Source of the DNA: an uncultured Solirubrobacteraceae bacterium
GTDB lineage: Bacteria > Actinomycetota > Thermoleophilia > Solirubrobacterales > Solirubrobacteraceae
Reading direction: 5' to 3'
DNA length: 64,000 bases
Assembly (NCBI GenBank): GCA_963813685.1
Contig: CAWEZQ010000014.1
Span: 556,182-620,181 of the forward strand
The position numbers and the translations under genes were made by a program. Position 1 is the stretch's first letter; each line of letters begins with the position of its first letter. Positions 58,835-64,000 of the stretch are shown here, piece by piece. The notes beneath the pieces are model-generated. The model was not told where the DNA came from. It saw only the letters and a list, made by a program, of their open reading frames with translations, and made no database searches.

Positions 58835-59574
58835 GCGCGCACGGCAAGCGCCACCGCGAGATGCTCGGCAAGGTCGACCGCGAGCGCGAGTACCAGGCGC
58901 CCGAGGCGATCGCGCTCGTGCGCAGCCTCGCCAGCGCCAAATTCGACGAGTCCGTCGAGGTGCACATCCGCACCGGGCTCAACGTGCGACACGCCGACGA
59001 GCAGCTGCGCGGCACCATCGCGCTGCCCAACGGGCTCGGCAAGGACGTGAAAGTCGTGGTCTTCGCCCAGGGCGACAAGGTGCGCGAGGCCGAGGAGGCC
59101 GGCGCCGACGTCGTCGGAGGCGACGATCTCGCCAAACGCATCGAGGGCGGCTTCGACGAGTTCGACGTCGCCATCGCCACCCCCGACATGATGTCCGTGG
59201 TGGGGCGCCTCGGCCGCATCCTCGGCCCCGCCGGGAAGATGCCCAACCCCAAAGTGGGCACCGTCACGATGGACGTCGGCAAGGCCGTCGAGGAGTCCAA
59301 GGCCGGCAAGGTCGAATACCGCACCGACCGCACCGCGATCGTGCACCTCGTGATCGGCAAGGCGAGCTTCGACGAGCGCCGCCTGCTCGAGAACTACTCG
59401 GCCGTGATCGACGAGATGATCCGCGCGAAGCCCGCCGCCGCCAAAGGGCGCTACCTGCGCAGCATCACGCTCGCCTCCACGATGGGGCCCGGCGTGAAGA
59501 TCGACCCCACCTCCAAGGTGCCGGAGCCGCACGAACTCAGCGAGGGCGCGCCGGCGGCTAACATGGCCGCCTAG
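58831..59574 (+). CDS. rplA: 50S ribosomal protein L1
   Basis: [38 protein letters not shown]. Confidence 0.97.
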   Translation: MSAHGKRHREMLGKVDREREYQAPEAIALVRSLASAKFDESVEVHIRTGLNVRHADEQLRGTIALPNGLGKDVKVVVFAQGDKVREAEEAGADVVGGDDLAKRIEGGFDEFDVAIATPDMMSVVGRLGRILGPAGKMPNPKVGTVTMDVGKAVEESKAGKVEYRTDRTAIVHLVIGKASFDERRLLENYSAVIDEMIRAKPAAAKGRYLRSITLASTMGPGVKIDPTSKVPEPHELSEGAPAANMAA

Positions 59575-59584
59575 CTCACTCCAC

Positions 59585-59648
59585 AGCAACAGGCCACCAG
59601 AGACCCCCGGCGGCAGCAGCCTCCGCGTAAGCCCGGGACAGGAGCCCA
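59585..59648 (+). promoter_or_regulatory. Possible L10 leader (autoregulatory r-protein leader)
   Basis: Position 5' of rplJ, with AGAC...CCGG...TAA...CCGG pairing potential; not formally folded. Confidence 0.35.
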
Positions 59649-60500
59649 ATGAACCGAGAGCAGAAGTCAGTGGCGATCGCCGAGATCGCCGCCCGCATAG
59701 ACGAGGCCGACGCGATCTTCGCGGTCGACTACCGCGGCATCACCGTCGCGCAGATCGCCGAACTGCGAGCGAGGCTGCGCGAGGCCGACGCCACCTTCAA
59801 GGTCGTCAAGAACTCGCTCACCGAGCGCGCCGCCGACCAGGCCGGGGCCGCCTCGCTCAAGGAGCTGCTCACCGGGCCCACCGCGCTCACCTTCGTGCGC
59901 GGCGACATCGCGCTCGCCGCCAAGGCCGTCGCCGACTTCTCGCGCGCAACCCAGCTGCTGCCCTTCAAGGGCGGGATGATGGGCGAAGCCGCCCTCGAGG
60001 TCGAGCAGATCCGCTCGCTCTCCCGGCTGCCTTCGCGCGAGGTGCTGCACGGCCAGCTCGTCGGCGTCGTCGCCTCGCCGCTCAGCGGGCTCGTGCGCTC
60101 GCTCAGCGCGCTCATCAGCGGCCTCGCCGTGGCGCTCGGCCAGGTGCGCGAGAAGAAGGAGTCCGGCGAGATCCCCGCCGGCGAGCCGCCCGCCGCCGCC
60201 GTCTCCGCGGAGGCCGAGGCCGCGCCCGAGGCGCCCGCTGAGGAGGCCGCTGCCGAGGAGCCTGCCGCGGAGGCCGAGGCCGCGCCCGAGGCGCCCGCTG
60301 ATGAGGCTGCTTCCGAGGAGCCCGCCGAGGCCGAGGCCGCCCCCGAGGCGCCGGCCGCCGAGGCGGAGGCGGAGGCCGGCGGCGAGCAACAGGCTGAGCC
60401 CGTGCCAGAGGCGCAGGCGCAAGAAGACGACAAGCACGCGGACGCCTCGGCTGATGAGCAGCCCGAGGACGCCGAGGCGAATCCCACCAAGGAGGACTGA
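59649..60500 (+). CDS. rplJ: 50S ribosomal protein L10 with acidic C-terminal extension
   Basis: [27 protein letters not shown]; about 110-aa Ala/Glu/Pro tail. Confidence 0.95.
   Translation: MNREQKSVAIAEIAARIDEADAIFAVDYRGITVAQIAELRARLREADATFKVVKNSLTERAADQAGAASLKELLTGPTALTFVRGDIALAAKAVADFSRATQLLPFKGGMMGEAALEVEQIRSLSRLPSREVLHGQLVGVVASPLSGLVRSLSALISGLAVALGQVREKKESGEIPAGEPPAAAVSAEAEAAPEAPAEEAAAEEPAAEAEAAPEAPADEAASEEPAEAEAAPEAPAAEAEAEAGGEQQAEPVPEAQAQEDDKHADASADEQPEDAEANPTKED
60207..60360 (+). repeat. About 60-bp tandem repeat (about 2.5 copies) encoding the acidic tail of L10
   Basis: GAGGCCGAGGCCGCGCCCGAGGCGCCCGCTGA recurs at 60-bp spacing, third copy degenerate. Confidence 0.8.
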
Positions 60501-60505
60501 CCACC

Positions 60506-60892
60506 ATGGCAACCAGCACCCAGGACTGGATCGAGGAGCTCAAGGGCATCTCCGTGCTCGAGCTCGCCGAGCGCATCAAAGCGCTCGAGGAGGAGTTCGG
60601 CGTCTCGGCCGCCGCGATCGCGGCGCCCGTCGCGGCGCCCGCCGGCGGCGGCGACGGCGGCGGCGAGGCCGCCGAAGAATCGAGCACCGTCGACGTGATC
60701 CTCTCGGGCTCCGGCGACAAGAAGATCCAGGTCATCAAGGTCGTGCGCGCCGCCACCGGCCTCGGTCTCAAAGAGGCCAAGGCGCTCGTGGACGAGGCTC
60801 CCAAGCCCGTCAAGGAGGGCATCGAGCGCGAGGAGGCCGACAAGCTCAAGGCCGAACTCGAGGAGGCCGGCGCCTCCGTCGAGCTCAAGTAG
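60506..60892 (+). CDS. rplL: 50S ribosomal protein L7/L12
   Basis: [44 protein letters not shown]. Confidence 0.98.
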   Translation: MATSTQDWIEELKGISVLELAERIKALEEEFGVSAAAIAAPVAAPAGGGDGGGEAAEESSTVDVILSGSGDKKIQVIKVVRAATGLGLKEAKALVDEAPKPVKEGIEREEADKLKAELEEAGASVELK

Positions 60893-60940
60893 CAGGGGAC
60901 CGGCCGGCAACGCGCCGGCCGGCACCCGAGCTCGCCCGCC

Positions 60941-61798
60941 ATGGCCCGTCACACAGCCGGCCCGCGGCGCTCGGCCTCGGTCGACTCCTACCTGCGCGAG
61001 ACGCGCGCGCTCGCCGCCGTCGCGCTGCTCGCGCTGGCCGCGGGCGTCGTCTCGGACCTGACCGACGAGCGCCTGTGGAGCCACAACGCGCTCCTCGCCG
61101 ACCTCGTCTCGAGCGCCATCGTGGTCGCCCTGTCGGTCGCGGTGGTCAACGAGCTCCTCGAGCGCCGGCAGCGCCGCCGCTGGAGCGTGCTCGCCCAGCA
61201 CGTGATGTTCGAGCTGGTGCGCGGCGCGCGCCTGATCTGGACGGGCGTCGCCGAGCTCGCGGGCCTCGCGCCCGAGGACGCGTCCGTCTCCGAGCTGCTC
61301 GACGAAGGCGCCGCCGCCGTGCGCGACACCGCTCGCATGCGCGACGCCGCGCGCGCCCTCATCGCCGACCCCGCTCGCCGCCGGCGGCTGCGCGAGGAGA
61401 TCGCCGACACCGCTGCGCGCAACGACGAGGTGCTCGGGCGCTGGGCTCCCGTGATGCTCAACACAGACGCGTACGCCGAGATCATCGACAGGCACGTCGA
61501 GCTGGCGAGCGAGGTGGGCCGGCTCGGCAGCCTGCTCGACTACTCCGAGCACCGCGGAGAGCAGCGCCGGTGGCGCAGGAGCCGCAGCAGCCCCGCCGTG
61601 CAGATCGGCGGCGACGTCGACGACGATCGCCTCGCCCAGCTCGTCGTCGCGATCGCGCAGCTCGCCGAGCGGCTCGATCGCGGAACGCTGCAGTTAGCAC
61701 TACGGATCGTGCCGGTCGAATGGTGGGAAGCGCGCCTCGGCACGACCGCGCCCGCCTCGAGCGCCGAGCCCACCCCTCCCGACGCACCTCCCGCCTGA
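60941..61798 (+). CDS. Hypothetical membrane protein (2 N-terminal TM)
   Basis: 285-aa ORF, high GC3, two hydrophobic segments. Confidence 0.7.
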   Translation: MARHTAGPRRSASVDSYLRETRALAAVALLALAAGVVSDLTDERLWSHNALLADLVSSAIVVALSVAVVNELLERRQRRRWSVLAQHVMFELVRGARLIWTGVAELAGLAPEDASVSELLDEGAAAVRDTARMRDAARALIADPARRRRLREEIADTAARNDEVLGRWAPVMLNTDAYAEIIDRHVELASEVGRLGSLLDYSEHRGEQRRWRRSRSSPAVQIGGDVDDDRLAQLVVAIAQLAERLDRGTLQLALRIVPVEWWEARLGTTAPASSAEPTPPDAPPA

Positions 61799-61859
61799 GC
61801 GTCCGGCGAAGCTCCTGCCCCGGCGCCGCGCCCCGGTCCCGCGCAAAGCGACCCGTCCA

Positions 61860-61890
61860 ACGGCCCCGCCCCCGGCGGGGCCGTCTCTTT
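61860..61890 (+). terminator. Intrinsic terminator
   Basis: ACGGCCCCGCC-CCC-GGCGGGGCCGT followed by CTCTTT. Confidence 0.75.
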
Positions 61891-62124
61891 AAGTTTCGTT
61901 GATCTTCGTCCCACGAACGCGCAAATTCCGGTACAGTCCCCTGCGCTGGTCGATAGTCGCAGCCGTCCAGAAGCACGCGAGCATCGCGCCACATACGCGA
62001 TTGCCGGGACGGGGTCCGTGAGCACCGGCGGCCCTTAAGGGCGTCGATAGCCTGTGCTATCTTTGCTGGTCGCGCCTCGGCGCTCCTCCTCTGCCCGTGT
62101 TTCGCCCTCCGAAGGAGTCATTTC

Positions 62125-64000
62125 TTGGCTGCTGCAGACGCTCTCCGGACGCGACGTAGCTTCGCGCGCCTCAACAAGACGGTCGATGTCCCGAACCTGA
62201 TCGACATCCAGCGGCGTTCGTTCGCCTGGCTCACCGACCCGCAGGCCGGCGGCCTGCGCGAGACCATCGACGACATCTCGCCGATCGAGGACTACACCGG
62301 CAACCTCGCCGTGCAGTTCGGCGAGTTCACGTTCGACGAACCCGTCGCCTCGCTCGACCAGTGCCGCGAGAAGGACCTCACGTACGCGCGGCCGCTCACC
62401 GTCACCGTCGCGTTCATCAACCGCGAGACCGGCGAGATCCGCGAGCAGTCCGTGTTCATGGGCGACTTTCCCTGGATGACCGAGCGCGGCACCTTCGTCA
62501 TCAACGGCACCGAGCGCGTCGTCGTCACGCAGCTCGTGCGCTCGCCCGGCGCCTACCTGATGGAGCCCAAGGACCGCGAGAAGCAGGTCTTCATCGCCAA
62601 CCTCATGCCCGCCCGCGGATCGTGGCTCGAGCTCGAGATCGACAAGAAGGGCAAGGTCTTCGTCCGCATCGACCGCAAGCGCAAGCTGCCCGTCACCGTG
62701 CTGCTGCGCGCCATGGGCTACGCCTCCGACGAGGAGATCCGCGGGCTGTTCGACGACTCGCTGTACATCCGCAACACCATCGAGTCAGACACCGAGGCCA
62801 CGCGCACCGAAGAGGGCGCGCTGATCGAGCTGTTCAAGAAGCAGCGCCCCGGCGAGCCGCCCAGCATCGACAACGCGCGCGCGCTGCTCAACCAGCTGTT
62901 CTTCGACCCCAAGCGCTACGACCTCACGCGCGTCGGGCGCTACAAGCTCAACTCGCGCCTGAAGCAGTCCACCGATCTCGACGTGCGCACGCTCACCAAG
63001 GACGACATCGTCGCCCTGATCGGCGAGCTCGTGAGCCTGCCCAAGATCCTCGGCATCCCCGAGGACGGCGAGGTCGAGATCAAGGACTACGCCGCCGAGG
63101 CCACCAGCATGCCGCGCGAGCCCGTCGCCGAGCACCTCGACGAGTACGAGCACTTCGGCAACCGCCGGCTGCGCACCGTCGGCGAGCTCATCCAGGAGGC
63201 ATTCCGCATCGGCCTCTACCGCATGGAGCGCGTCGTACGCGAGCGCCTCACCACAGAGGACGCCGACACCATCACGCCGCAGACCATCATCAACATCCGG
63301 CCCGTCGTCGCCGCGCTCAAGGAGTTCTTCGGCTCCTCGCAGCTCAGCCAGTTCATGGACCAGACCAACTCGCTCGCCGGGCTCAGGCACAGGCGGCGCC
63401 TGTCCGCGCTCGGCGCCGGCGGGCTCACGCGCGAGCGCGCGCCCATCGAGGTGCGCGACGTGCACCCCACCCACTACGGGCGCATGTGCCCCATCGAGAC
63501 CCCCGAGGGTCCCAACATCGGCCTGATCGGCTCGCTCTCCTCGTTCGCCGAGGTCTCCGAGTACGGCTTCGTCACCACGCCCTACCGCGTGGTCAAGGAC
63601 GGCGTCGTCACCGACGACGTCAGGCACCTCGACGCCACCCAGGAAGAGGAGCTGGTGATCGCCCAGGCCAACACGCCCGTCGACGCCAAGAGCGGCAAGC
63701 TGAAGGGCACCGAGATCCTGTGCCGCACGCAGGCCGGCCAGTACGTCACGGTCGGGCCCAAAGACGTCGACCTGATCGACGTCTCGCCCGAGCAGATCTG
63801 GTCGATCACCACCGCCATGATCCCGTTCCTCGAGCACGACGACGCGAACCGTGCGCTGATGGGCTCCAACATGCAGGCCCAGGCCGTGCCGCTGCTGAAG
63901 GCCGACGCGCCGCTCGTCGGCACCGGCATGGAGCGCCGCGCCGCGCTCGACACCGGAGACGTGCTGCTCGCGCGCGCAGCCGGCACCGTCGACTACGTGG
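62125..64000 (+). CDS. rpoB: DNA-directed RNA polymerase beta subunit (5' part, truncated by the window)
   Basis: RBS GAAGGAG plus TTG 62125; PNLIDIQ, FVINGTERVVVTQL, SSQLSQFMDQTN, VRDVHPTHYGRMCPIETPEGPNIGLI, EHDDANRALMGSNMQ. Confidence 0.98.
   Translation, partial: MAAADALRTRRSFARLNKTVDVPNLIDIQRRSFAWLTDPQAGGLRETIDDISPIEDYTGNLAVQFGEFTFDEPVASLDQCREKDLTYARPLTVTVAFINRETGEIREQSVFMGDFPWMTERGTFVINGTERVVVTQLVRSPGAYLMEPKDREKQVFIANLMPARGSWLELEIDKKGKVFVRIDRKRKLPVTVLLRAMGYASDEEIRGLFDDSLYIRNTIESDTEATRTEEGALIELFKKQRPGEPPSIDNARALLNQLFFDPKRYDLTRVGRYKLNSRLKQSTDLDVRTLTKDDIVALIGELVSLPKILGIPEDGEVEIKDYAAEATSMPREPVAEHLDEYEHFGNRRLRTVGELIQEAFRIGLYRMERVVRERLTTEDADTITPQTIINIRPVVAALKEFFGSSQLSQFMDQTNSLAGLRHRRRLSALGAGGLTRERAPIEVRDVHPTHYGRMCPIETPEGPNIGLIGSLSSFAEVSEYGFVTTPYRVVKDGVVTDDVRHLDATQEEELVIAQANTPVDAKSGKLKGTEILCRTQAGQYVTVGPKDVDLIDVSPEQIWSITTAMIPFLEHDDANRALMGSNMQAQAVPLLKADAPLVGTGMERRAALDTGDVLLARAAGTVDYV

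Overview
High-GC actinobacterial chromosome segment; gene content and style suggest Thermoleophilia/Solirubrobacterales (inference). Left end (1-15 kb): two giant secreted FG-GAP proteins (a frameshifted S8 peptidase and a 12x IPT/TIG protein), a Tat-type phosphoesterase, hydrolases and a TetR regulator. 15.2-32.7 kb: an accessory cluster with five SigB/SigF-type promoter motifs. It encodes sugar-oxidation enzymes (GH15, GMC plus gluconate-2-DH-like subunit, TPP enzyme, SDR, enolase-superfamily protein), topoisomerase IB and a tightly coupled cytochrome oxidase/bcc operon whose subunit I lacks the canonical proton-channel residues. 33.0-36.7 kb holds the best candidate for a new system: a 62-aa precursor-like peptide with four RFRP cores behind a class-II CRP-like promoter, next to an MFS-cNMP-binding fusion, a cytoplasmic S8 peptidase and a stand-alone GAF protein. 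36.7-43.0 kb: an integrase-less islet bounded by tRNA-Thr(GGT) and a 43-bp copy of its 3' half. Right end: ABC exporter/MarR, tRNA-Tyr with an adjacent PD-(D/E)XK nuclease gene, an RpoD-like sigma factor, FolE2, pgsA, clpP and the core rpmG-secE-nusG-rplK-rplA-rplJ-rplL-rpoB cluster (rpoB truncated by the window end). All family assignments come from motif recognition by eye, not database searches.
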